The position numbers and the translations under genes were made by a program. The notes under the pieces were generated by a model. The model was not told the DNA's origin, made no database searches, and saw only the letters and a program-made list of their open reading frames with translations. This document shows, piece by piece, positions 14,402 through 26,780 of a stretch of 64,000 bases of DNA. Position 1 is the first letter of the stretch, and each line of letters opens with the position of its first letter. This DNA comes from Octopus vulgaris (taxonomy: Eukaryota): contig OX597821.1 of NCBI GenBank assembly GCA_951406725.2, positions 372,001 to 436,000 on the forward strand, given 5' to 3'.

Positions 14402-14886
14402 CACACACACATACATATATATATAATCTCTGAAGAGTGCAGGGGTACATAATTGGAGTGTTAACAAACACCCCATTGAACAACTGGTGTGAAACCAACA
14501 GGTAAGATCAGCTATATTGAATATATAATACTGTATATATAACACTTTGATTAATACACACACACACACACACATACATGACAGGCTTTTTTCAGTTTCT
14601 GTCTACTAGATCCACTCATAAGGCATTGATCTGCTTGAGGCTATATAGAGGACACTTGTGAAGGTGTCATGCAGTGGGATTGAACCCAGGACCATGTGGT
14701 TAGATAGAAAGCAAACTTACCACACAGCCACACCTTTGCCTGAAATAATTCACACACACACACACACACACACACCTATATATATATATCTATACATATA
14801 TATCACAGTATTAACTAGTGAATCATTGCCGATCACAATGCACTTTGTATTATTCTAGGTTCCAAACTATGCCATTTCACTGACTG

Positions 14887-15140
14887 TGGAGGTATGTGGC
14901 TTAGTGGTCAGAGTGTTGGTCTCCTGATTGTAAGATTGTGGTTTCAATTCCTGGACAGGGCAATGCATTGTGATCTTGAGCAAAACATTTCATTTCATGT
15001 TGCTCAAGTCAGCTCAGCTAGCAAAAATGAGTAATTCAGTGACAGACCGGTATCCCGTCAAGGTGGGGAAAATGAAAACAGGAAGCTGGCCCCGAAACTG
15101 GGAAACTGGCCCTTATGAATTGGCGTAGCTCGAGAAGCTA
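14887..15140 (+). mobile_element. tRNA-derived SINE family D; related copies at about 850-995 and 9910-10085
   Basis: gtggcttagtggtcagag (A-box), ggtttcaattcc (B-box), cattgtg.tcttgagcaa, and ctcagct..aaaatgagta. Confidence 0.7.
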
Positions 15141-16070
15141 CCTTTACCATTTTTGTTACATTTCACTGGCATGTCAAGCAAGCAGGCCAACATTGATCCT
15201 GATCAAAACACCAGTCCATTGTGGAGGTTACCATTTGCAGCTGAGTGAATGAAACCAATGTGTAATGTGCTCAACACAACAATACTCAGTGATCAGGAGT
15301 GTAGCATCATAACCATGTGCCTTCATGCATAAATATATATGAGGCAGCCACTTAGCAGAGTTAAACGTGTTGGATAGGTTGCTTTGCTGTAAACATTCTG
15401 GTTTTGTTGCGCTCTGGGATCAAATCCTGTTGGGGTCAGCTTTGCCCTTCATCCTTTCAGGGTTGATAAATAAAATACGATTCAAATAACGAGGTCAATT
15501 CATCCCCTTTTATTGCTCTTTTTTTTCTGTCTATCTATCTATCTCTGTCCTTCTCAAAGAAAATGATTATAAGACATGAAGATGGTGGGGATGTGCTCGG
15601 TTGAAAAATGCCCAAGACAAGCCTTGGAACTGAAAGACTAAGGTAAAGTACAAATGCACACATGCATGCACACACACACATTTGAGAAAGAAACATGTAA
15701 ATAAAAGAAGAGAGATAGAGGTGTGGAGGTGTGTATGTATGTGTGTATATATGTATGCATTTGTGTGTGTGTATACATATATTGTCCAGTGCTGGTGACA
15801 CATGAAAGGCACCCATGCCAGTGACACATGAGAAACACCTGTGCTGGTGATATGTGAGAAGCACCTGTGTCAGTGACACATGAGAGACACCTAGGACACT
15901 TTTAGAGTGGTTGGCATTAGGAAGGGCATCCAGCCATAGAAACCAAGTCAGAACAGACAACTGGAGCCTGGTGCAGCTCTCTGTTTTACTAGCACCTGTC
16001 AAATTGTCTTACCCATGTCAGCATGGAAAATGGATGCTAAATGATGATGATGATTTTACACATACACACA

Positions 16071-16452
16071 CAGTAGAACCTTGCATTACGAGTGCACCAT
16101 TGTACAAGTAATTTGTTGTATGAGCTGAGACTTGTGTGAATTTTTGCCTTGAAGTACAAGCGGAATTCTGCAGTCTGAGCGCACAAATCATCCTAGCTTC
16201 AAGGTAATTCAGTTAAAACCAGTTTACATATTTCATTTGCATTCTCTTTTTTATAATTGTCATTTTACTTGTAACTACACCTTTTCTGTTTTAAAACCCA
16301 TAAAAGTTATTTTTGAGTGGGTTTTGGGGGGCTGGAACAGATTAATTATATTTTAGTTAATTTCAATTGGGAAAATTGATCTGTAAAACGAGTAAATCAC
16401 AAGACAAGCTTGGTCATGGAATGAATTAAACTCGTACTGTGAGGTATCACTG
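16071..16452. mobile_element. Non-autonomous Tc1/mariner-pogo (Tigger-like) MITE
   Basis: Imperfect TIRs: CAGTAGAACCTTGCATTACGAGT and ACTCGTACTGTGAGGTATCACTG (reverse complement CAGTGATACCTCACAGTACGAGT). The TA target duplication is not preserved. Confidence 0.65.
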
Positions 16453-16470
16453 TTTATATATATATATATA

Positions 16471-16920
16471 AATTTAATATAATAAGGATGAAAATTTAAA
16501 TAACTATGTTCTCTAATCGGCAAAATTCACTACAGAAAATTATTTTCTGCACAATTATTTTCAGTATTTTTGGCGTGCCAAAACGAAGACTTTTGAAATA
16601 TAACCCCAGATGTAATTGGTAGAACTATATACAGGTTCAATCTCATGCAGATGCTTCATGTATAGTTCTGCAAATTATATTTTGCTGTGACAATCACACT
16701 GACGAGTTGCGGACATCTACGTAAGTGATTACGTAAGTGGTAACAACGAAACTGGTTTCTGATTAATCTGTATATTTTGTATCTTTTCCTTTGTCTTGCT
16801 CACGTATGTTCTGGTGTTTGCTAAATTTTCTTGAGAACATTCCTTTCTTAGAGGTAAGACCATAGGGGGTCGACTTCTAGCATAATAGATGTCCACTTAG
16901 TGGTCATCCCTCTTATATGT
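16471..16920 (+). mobile_element. (TA)n-flanked hammerhead-bearing insert (Penelope pLTR-like)
   Basis: Hammerhead at 16692-16764, a short inverted repeat agaactatataca / tgtatagttct at about 16621-16670, and (TA)n on both sides. Confidence 0.6.
16692..16764 (+). ncRNA. Type I hammerhead ribozyme motif, core intact
   Basis: aatcaca-CTGACGA-gttg...(tacgtaa gtga ttacgta hairpin)...caac-GAAAC-tg-GTT-tctgatt. Stem I pairs at 6 of 7 positions and stem III is minimal. Confidence 0.7.
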
Positions 16921-17513
16921 ATATAATATAAATATATATTATACTTGTGTGTTTGTGTGTTGTTCATTAATATATACTACAGGTAAAACTAATTAAGTAT
17001 ACAGACTCAAACATAATTTTGCTTTTGGAGAAATTTTTGAAATGAATTTTCAGGAAGATTTAGTCTGCGAATGCTATTTTGGCAACAATTTTTGAAGAAT
17101 GCAAACTATATTGGCAAACAAAGTAATGCATGAAATGGAAATGAATTTTCCATCTTGTGACATCATCATCATCATCATCATCAGTAGCTGCACAACAATC
17201 TTTCTTATCTACATAATCATCACACCCATTCTATCATCATCATCATCAGCAGCAGCAGCATTACCATCTTTACAACCATCCTTATCACCATCATAATTAT
17301 CACACCCATCTTTATAATCATCATCATCGTCGTCGACATCATACCAACCATCCTCACCCCACCGCCTCTTCATCACTACCCTTCTTACCAATACCATCAC
17401 CACCATCATTACCATCAAGATCATTACAGACGTCATGAGTACCCCCCACCTCTTTCATCATCATCATCATCAAGCAATAAAAAGCTCTGCTGAGTCAATA
17501 ATGCATATGAGTG

Positions 17514-17564
<51 letters not shown>

Positions 17565-17836
17565 CCATACACAAATACACTATATACATATATATATATA
17601 TACACACACATACACACTATATATATCTATTTCAATCTAGCTGTCTGCCTGTCTATCCATCCATCCATCTGCACATATCTATATAGACACACACTATATA
17701 TGTATGTATCATCATCATCATCATCATCATTTAACGTCCGCTTTCAATGCTAGCATGGGTTGGACGGTTCAACTGGGGTCAGATCTGGCGGTGTTTCTAC
17801 AGCTGGATGCCCTTCCTAACGCCAACCACTCTATGA

Positions 17837-17881
<45 letters not shown>

Positions 17882-17945
17882 TGCACATATATATAGAGAG
17901 ACTTAGTAATTTTAATATTTCTATTGTATATATATATATATACAC

Positions 17946-17994
<49 letters not shown>

Positions 17995-18816
17995 TATATA
18001 TTCATATATACACATATACAGATACACTATCTCTCTCTCTCTCTCTCTGTACACACACACATGCACATACACTGAAATCTGCATACATATGTGTTTGTGT
18101 ATGCATATATTTATGCACACGAACACATAGGAATACATATCGACTAATAAATACACTCTCAATATACACATGCACACACACACACACATATATATTGATA
18201 TAAATAAGTGAATCCCCCCATCAACATCCCAATAAACAACCTCCACCACCACCACCACCACCACCACCACATCTAACACAACCCCTTCTTTCTCACCCTC
18301 TTCCTCTCTCTGTCTATCTCTCTCCTTACTTCTTCTCCAGATTTCCCAATGATAGGCAAAAACAGAAGAATGACAAGACATTCTCCTGTGTAAATAGTTT
18401 ATATTTGATGCGATCACAATTTTGACAGTTGAACCAATCAAAATATTAAACCTACAAACATCTAAGTAATATATTATTGAACACAGGAAGAAGTTGCTCT
18501 ACAATCAGGTATTAAATAATGCTGAGTACCTGTGTATCTTCTTAGAGCTCTCTCAATGCGTACACACACAAACACACACATATATATCTGCATGTGTGTT
18601 TGTTTGTGTGTGTATGTGTGTCTGTGTATACATATATACATACGTTATATATGTAGATATGTTTCATAAACAAATTAATATATACATACAATATAGATCA
18701 ATACATGTATATTACAAACATATTCACACATAGATTCATATATGTATACATACATATTATTGCAAATTAATACATTTATATATATATATATATATATATA
18801 CACACGCGCACAAATG

Positions 18817-18852
<36 letters not shown>

Positions 18853-19205
18853 TATATATATATATACACATACATATATGTGAAATAAATCCATATGTGT
18901 GAGTGTAGTAAAGCATAAGTATGTATATATATATACATTATATATATATGTGTATGTATATACACATTAACTATATAAACTTATGTATACAAACACATAT
19001 GTGCACAAATATGTAGAGATGTACAAACATATGATACACATGGATACATATATACGTATATACACACACAAAATTAATAACATAAAGCTATTATATAATT
19101 GAATGCACATTATATATATACACACATATATATACACACATATGTATGTATGTATGCTTATGCTACATGGGTATGTTTATATCTACAGATGAGCTTTGGT
19201 ATTTG

Positions 19206-19241
<36 letters not shown>

Positions 19242-19841
19242 CACAAATATTTGACATTTGCACACAAGCATGAATTTTAGAATTCCGAATACTTATAGAA
19301 GATAGAAACGTACTTGGTAACCCTTTTCTATAGATTAAGAAGAACCATTCAAAAGTTTAAATTTCTCAACTTATGATCCTAAACAAAGAGATTATTTGGT
19401 ATATAGGTAATAACTGATTCCATATGACATGTCTTTTAGATGTGACAAGTCTTGTTGCAGATGTGACAAGTCTTTTTTGACATGACATGCCCCCCCACCA
19501 CCACACGCACATACACACACACACACACACTCACACACACACACACACACAACCTAACTGCTATTGTATGAAAACTAAGATAAACTGTATGAGACAACCA
19601 ACCATCTTAACTGATGTGTTTGTTGTGAATGTACTGGAGGTGTTGTATGTAACCTCTTATAGTTTTTATCTTCTTTTGAGTGTGAGGGTCAGTTGTATTT
19701 GATGTTCTCTTGTATAGCTGATAAGGAAGATTCAGTGGGTGCAACTTTAAGTCTGTTGTTGTCTAGCCAGGTTTCGAACTGATTTATGCAGAGTGGAGTT
19801 GTTATGCAGCTATCTAGAGAATGGTAGTGAGGTGTATGATA

Positions 19842-20277
19842 CCAGAGACGTGCAACCAAACGCATACCCTCCATCAGACACCTACCATATTCTGAGCGCC
19901 TTGTTTCCCTGGGCATGGATTCACTGAAGCTCCGGCGTCTGGCGACGGACTTGGTAAACACCCACAAGGTTATCAACCACCTCACCAACAACAACACTGA
20001 ACACCTTTTTGATCTCCATGTGTCTACCACACGTGGACATGCCTACAAAGTCAGAAAACAACACAGCTCCCATGACTTTCGGAAACATTTTTTCACGCTC
20101 AGAGTTACTGAAGCATGGAATAAACTGCCTGCGTCAGTTGTTGACTGCCATGACACTGCATCCTTTAAGGCCCTCATGCTTTCCGAAATCCGCCGAAACT
20201 ACACCTGATTATATATACACTTTAGATGAGTTGTAGTGCACCTGAGCACTGTACACATTATTATTATTATTATTATA
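19842..20277 (+). mobile_element. CR1/L2-group LINE 3' fragment, same family as 6235-6956
   Basis: QRRATKRIPSIRHLPYSERLVSLGMDSLKLRRLATDL...TRGHAYKV...RKHFFTLRVTEAWNKLP...*, then gtgcacctgagcactgtaca and an (ATT)n tail. Confidence 0.9.
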
Positions 20278-20507
20278 AATGGTCTGTCTTGATTGACCAA
20301 ATCTATTATCTAAAGCATTCCAAATATGACCATCTTGTTATTTTTCATCTTCCACATTGGTATGGGCATGGCTTTGTGGTTAAGAAGTTCCCTTCAAAAT
20401 CATATGGTTTCAAGTTCAGTCCCACTGTGCAACTGCTTTCTACTCTAGCCCCAGGGCTGACTGTTACCTTGTGAAAGAAAATTTGATGTATAGAAACTGT
20501 TTAAAAG

Positions 20508-20550
<43 letters not shown>

Positions 20551-21240
20551 AAATTTGGTATAAGATAAAAATTTCAGATATTTGCCTTAAACATTCAGAC
20601 AAATAAATTTATAATTCAGATGTATGACATGCGATATTATTCCATTCAAATAACCACATATTTATATTAAGACATAGATGATAAAAATATAGAAATATAA
20701 GAATATAAACATAAAAACATAAAAAATATTTAAAATATATAAGGAGTACCATGAAAGAATAAAATATAGTTAGAATAGATTAAAGGAGGTGATTAAAAGG
20801 ATCAATCCAAACCTACGGCCATTTCATAAAAGTTTTAAGGGGCTGTAGGAAATAATCCAAATTCAGCTCCCTGTATAAAAACATTTCCTTCCTCAGGGTT
20901 CCTTTCTGAAACGGCTGTAGGTTTGGACTGATCTTTTCAACCACCTGCTTGAATCTATTCTAACTATATTTTCTACTTTAATGGTACTCCTTATATTTTT
21001 TAAGTTTATATTTTTATATTTCTATATTCTTATCATCTCTGTCTTAATATAAATATGTGGTTATTTGAATGGAAAAATATCTCATGTCATACAACTGAAC
21101 TGTGAGTTTGCTTGTCAGAATGTTTAAGACAAATATCTTATACCAAATTACCAAATTTTATTAATCTTTAGCTCCTATACAAGTGAAAAAAACAGTTATA
21201 CTCTATACTGGAGCTTTATCTCCATTAAAATTCTCGTATA
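20551..21240. mobile_element. Fold-back insert with diverged inverted arms of about 250-275 bp (20552-20826 / 20907-21149) and a hammerhead remnant
   Basis: ttccattcaaataaccacatatttatattaagac is matched by gtcttaatataaatatgtggttatttgaatggaa, and aaggagtaccat by atggtactcctt. Microsatellite flanks on both sides. Confidence 0.8.
20810..20900 (-). ncRNA. Degenerate type I hammerhead motif in the loop of a fold-back element
   Basis: Minus strand reads aacc-CTGAGGA-aggaaa...tttat-GAAAT-ggcc-GTA-ggtt. Stem I aacc/ggtt is perfect and stem II is decayed. The inverted arm preserves GAAACGGCTGTAGGTT. Confidence 0.5.
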
Positions 21241-23324
21241 TATGTGTGTGTGTGTGTGTGTGTGTATGTGTGTGTGTGCATGTGTGCATGGGTGAGGACA
21301 TGTTTTCGTGTGAATCTCTCACCGCAGTACAATTGGTGTTGGTTTGTTTATGATCCTGTAACTTAACAGTGATTTACTAACATCTCTGCAAGGCTGAGGT
21401 TTTAGTAAATTAAGGGGCAACATTATTTGATGTGACCTTATTTTCATTTAAGATAGCTTGACCACTGACCATCTCTTTTTATCCATTGCTCACTCTCCTC
21501 TTCTACTAATCTCTTATCCCAATCTGTTTCTATCATCATATTTTCGCTCCTTTCTTGGCTTCTTCTGTTATTCTCTCTCTCTCCCTCTTTCTATTAGTTG
21601 CCTTCTCAGCCTCATTGTCTTGAGCAAACAAATACATCATAGAGTAATTGGAACTCTTTGCCTCATTGGGTACACAGCGACTTGTCTAGTGCAGGGGCCA
21701 AGATAAAATGCACCCAGAAAACTCTCTAAAGTGATTGAGAAATGAATAAAGATAATACGAAGTCAAGAGGACCTTTTAGTCTTCTCGATCACACAGCAAC
21801 CCTTCTAGTGCTTGTGCCATAACAAAATAAGGTGATACAAGCATTATCAAGTACACAGCTTTTGTTGATGCAACAGTTTTAATATCAGAATAGTCTCTGT
21901 TGCCACAGTAACCAGAATGCTTCAACCGCAGTAACAAATAGAGCAACAACAATTATTGAGGGATTCTCTATTTGCTAGAAATAGCAGCCAAGTTTCTCTA
22001 AAAAATCACACTTCCCTATCATCTCAGGCTATTTAGTATTTGATGTGCCAAAATGTGACTGAATAGTTACAGCTGGAATGCCTTTAATTGGAGTGCTACT
22101 GGATCAAGGATTGACCTGAGGCTGAGCAGCATCACCTGCCTCTACTGCTGTTGTCTGTGTATCTACTATATAAGGTGAGTGATGACTCATTTAAAAGTAG
22201 AATTAGGAGAGTCCTTACAGCATCTGATAGAATGCTGTGTGGTATTTGTTCTGATTTTCTGCACTCTGGGTTCAAATTCTGCTATGGTGAATTATGACTT
22301 TTATCCTTTTGGGGGTCAATGAAAAAACAAAAAAATACCAAACCAGGGCTGTAACACGTGCCTTGCAGTCCCTCTTCTTGCTCTTTCTATTCAAACAGCA
22401 ATGCCTGTGAGGATACTGGTTGCTTAAATCTATCTTCCCATGTTAGACAGCCTTTCCCTTGGATAAACGACAGTGGCAGCCTGAAGAAGGGAGGTAAGCA
22501 TACTTGAGCGACTGTTAGTCTTCTTCAAAATATCTTGCCCATACATCGGCACACACACATGTAACCTTAACCAACAGATGCCCTTTATATGGATTTGTTC
22601 TTGCTGTTATTATTTAACCCTAGATCAATCTTGAGAAGGAGACTCTATAATGAAAAACAATCCAAGTATGACGGTTTTATATTTTTCTTGTTTTTTTTTA
22701 TGTTCCAACAGAGAGGAGGAAAGCAAGAGCAACTATGAGCACATTGTCTAATGTGTCCAAAACAACAACAACAACAACATATGACAAAATAAAATGACAT
22801 TAATAAAGAATGATGCTGATTAATAAAGAGTATTATTCCAAGACAAACTGACATTAGGTGGATGAGATGATGGCTTTTCCTTGCAAATATCCTTATTTTT
22901 TTCTTCTTCTTTTTTGAGGTCGAACACCGTTGTCATGGTTATTTATTTATTTATTTTTATTTTTATTTATTTTAGATTTTATTATCACCATTGCCAACAC
23001 CACCCCTACAACTACTATTACAGTTGCTGCTACTATTACTAGAAACTATGGGAGAGGTGGGGGGAATAAAGCAAAGCAGGGAAGAAACAAATGATGGATG
23101 GTTGTGATGGGGGAGCTGCTGGTAAATGTGGTGTTGGTGTTTGAAGGAGGAGAGGAAAAAATTGATAATTGTGTTTGGAAATTGATTTGAGAGGAATATT
23201 GTTGATTTGTTGAAGAACATCTGTCAAAAATATTGTTGATCTGTTGAGGAACATCTGTCAGAAAGAGTTGGACCAATGTCAGAAGGAAGAATATTCAGAG
23301 ACTTTCAACGTAAATTCTTAGATA

Positions 23325-23374
<50 letters not shown>

Positions 23375-23529
23375 TTTCTGTGTGTATGAATGTGTAGAGG
23401 GAAGCAGGGAGAATGGCAGAAAGCTGTCAAAACGGAGGGGATTGGATGGGTGGCAGCATGGGAGAGCAGTGTGTGTATACATGTGTTTATGTGTATATAT
23501 GTATGTGTCTGTATATGTATATATGTGTG

Positions 23530-23571
<42 letters not shown>

Positions 23572-23659
23572 ATTATATACACATACACACACATGGAAAT
23601 GTATATCATACATATATTTACACACAAATATATCTCTGGAGATATGCTGTGACTGCAAA

Positions 23660-24072
23660 GACCCGGGCTGCTTCCTGCACCAGTTCTGCATAGCCCCTGC
23701 CCATTCAAAGTACCTTGGATTCCAGATCAACCTGCTGTGCTTGAGGAGACCTGTTGAGTCAAGTACATGAACATCGAAATAAATATCAATGGAAATAGTA
23801 GTTGTGATACCTGTGCTGGTGGCACATAAAAAGCACCATCCGAACGTGGCCGATGCCAGCGCCGCCTTGACTGGCTTCTGTGCCAGTGGCACGTAAAAAG
23901 CACCCACTACACTCATGGAGTGGCTGGCATTAGGAAGGGCATCCAGCTGTAGAAACACTGCCAGATCAGACTGGAGCCTGGTGCAGCCTCCTGGCTTCCC
24001 AGACCCCGGTCGAACCGTCCAACCCGTGCTAGCACGGAAAATGGATGTTAAACGATGATGATGATGATGATG
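23660..24072 (+). mobile_element. SINE-like family C with an RTE-type (GAT)n tail; further copies near 1445(-), 15790, 17710(-), 25866, 26905, 38640, 46450 and 51370(-)
   Basis: tggcacgtaaaaagcaccc..ggcattaggaagggcatccagctgtagaaac..ccgtccaacccgtgctagca..gttaaacgatgatgatg recurs many times in the window. Confidence 0.85.
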
Positions 24073-24218
24073 ATATATATATATATATGCATATATACAC
24101 ACATATAGATATATAAATGCACATACCTATGCATGCACATACATGTGTATATATATATATATGCGCACACATGCACACACAAGCATATATCTATCTATAA
24201 GTATCAATCTGCATACAG

Positions 24219-24265
<47 letters not shown>

Positions 24266-25819
24266 TACTCACACATTTAAAAACCCAAAAAATAAATAAA
24301 TAAAAATAAGCTTGCAGAATTTGACATATGGAAATCAGCAAATCAGAATATATCGCAAAGCAGTAACAAGACAATATGGAAATGGAAATAAAACTACATA
24401 TATAAATAAATAAAAGCTCAAATAAAACAATGAAAAATATATCTGTTTTGTTGTTATTATTTTCACCAATTCTAAGCGGAACCATTGACTTCTTTCTCTC
24501 TGAGACAACTTCAGATTGTTTGTTTGTTGTTTCAGTTGTTGCTGTGTCTTCTTTATTGATTTATACATATTATATATATACATACACACATATATAAACA
24601 TGCATAAGTATACATATACAAATATATGTATATATATATGTGTGTGTTTGTGTGTGTATGCATATTATATATACAGCCATACATCCATCCATCAATATAT
24701 ACATACACATCTGTGCATACACACACATGATATACATATATCTATGTTTGTGTGTGTGTTTGTATATATAGTTTTGTGCATTTTGTATTATGTGTCAGCC
24801 ATTATGGAAGGAGGTGTGTTTTTACCAATTTCACCCAATCAAGACACAACAAATGTGTTGGCAGACATTTTAGTATGTACAGATTCACAATATTTTCTGA
24901 ACTTCTTGGTTGACATCCTAAGTAGCCGGCTGAGTATGAATGATGGCTAAGTGGTTAAGAAGGCAAAGTGTTGCTGTGCTACTAGTACTACGACTAACAA
25001 CTGCTGCCACTACCACCACCACCACTACTTCTACTACTACTATTACTAACAACCACACCACCTCTGCCACCACCATTTCTGTAAGGCATTGATTTCTAAC
25101 CTCACCATAAGTATTGCTTTGTGTTTATTATTGCAATTGACAGGTTATTCGATTGGGATTTCCTACTCTCCATAAAGAGCCATAAAAACAACAACAACAA
25201 CAACACATGAACTGTTTTCCCATTGGTTTGGTGGTGTAGAGGAAGGGACTCTGTTGATAACCTTTGTAGGTTCTCCAAACCCGGTGAGATCAATATTGTT
25301 AATGTTTCTTTTGAACAATTAGAAGCCAATGGATGAATGAGGAAGGTGGTGGTGGTGGTGGTGGTTGGAACAAGTAACAAAGGAATTTCAGAGGGATGAC
25401 ATTCTAGAGTAGGAAGGATTGGATGAAATGCTTGATGTGGTGACGAGGAAAACAAAACAAAACATACATTGTATGGGTGTTGAGTAATACAAGAAGGTGA
25501 TATGAGATAAAGCAGCTCCAATGAACAAAGGTGGTTATGTAAAGTGAAGAGTAAGGAAGCAGCACATCTGAGTGGCATAGGTTGTTTGAATGTGATGGTG
25601 AGGGACTTCATGCCAATCTGTGGAGTAATCATATTTTGATGTGGTTTTTGATCCATGGGTGTGTAGTAATCATTGGAGATGACTGTATATGTAGCTGCTA
25701 TATCTACATCTGTCTCAGATGTGGGAACAGTATATCACTAGAGATAGGGTAGGTGTGGTGTCACACCTTAGCTTTGTAGGGAGTTAGTAGTCATTAGGTG
25801 CGAAAGTCAAACTTGCGAA

Positions 25820-25868
<49 letters not shown>

Positions 25869-26012
25869 CGTTAGGAAGGGCATCCAGCCGTAGAAACACT
25901 GCCAGATCTGACTGGGCCTGATGAAGCCTTCCAGCTTCACAGACCCCAGTTGACCCGTCCAACCCATGCTAGCATGGAAAGCGGACGCTAAACGATGATG
26001 ATGATGATGATG

Positions 26013-26045
<33 letters not shown>

Positions 26046-26055
26046 TACACACATC

Positions 26056-26450
26056 TTGTTTCAGTCATTAGACTATGGCCATGCTAGAGCACTACACGTT
26101 GAGAAATTTTAGTTGAATGAATTAGCTCTAGTACGTTTTATTTTTTTTAAGGTTGGTACTTATTGTATTGATCTCTTTTGCTGAACTGGTATGGGGACAT
26201 AAACTCACCAACACTAGTTGCAAAATGCTAGTGAGGACAAGCACAAGTATAAAAAAGGCACACACACACACACACACACACACACATGCACACACACACA
26301 CTGCTTTCAGTTTCTGCCTACCAAATCCACTGACAAGGCTCTGATTGGCCTAAGGCTATAGTAGAAGATATTTGCCCAAGTGCCTTGCAGTAGAACTGAA
26401 CTCAGAACCATGTGGTTGGGAAGCAAACTTATTACCCCACAGCCATTCCT
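26056..26450 (-). mobile_element. SINE family B copy
   Basis: Diverged reverse complement of 41372-41773. Confidence 0.8.
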
Positions 26451-26477
26451 GTACTTTATATATATATATGCAACTCA

Positions 26478-26780
26478 TTATTTACATTATTTACATTCGA
26501 TGGATATTTGTCCTCATCTTGCTTGTTGTTAACATGTTTCGGCTGTTATACCCTCCAGCCTTTATCAAGTGTCTTGGGGAAATTTTGAACCTGGGTTCTC
26601 ATTCCTAAGGTATTTTTTGATGTTATTATTATTATTGTAATTATTATTATTGTTATTATTATTATTATTATTGTTCAGGTCACTGCTTCGAATCGTACTC
26701 GAAATCTTGGGGTTAGTAGCCTGCATTCTTAACCCCTACGTCATATTCCCATGGGCACATGGCATAGTCTTAAATGTAGA
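26478..26780 (-). mobile_element. tRNA-headed, hammerhead-containing short element; a second copy at 6121-7142 is split by a LINE
   Basis: On the minus strand a tRNA-like head (gtagtggtta..., gagttcaattcc in the 7021-7080 copy) is followed by (AAT)n, ccttaggaatgagaacccaggttc, gacac-CTGAnGA-aggctg gagggtatat cagcc-GAAAC, and gatgaggacaaatatcc...aatgtaaataatgta. Confidence 0.75.

Noticed and set aside
15790-15893. Four repeats of about 26 bp that superficially resemble a CRISPR array
   Set aside because: They are contiguous degenerate units with no unique spacers, are internal repeats of SINE family C, and sit in eukaryotic DNA with no cas genes.
23305-24102. 265-aa ORF, the longest in the track
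   Set aside because: It is made of a family C repeat plus (TA)/(CA)/(GA) microsatellites and is not a gene.
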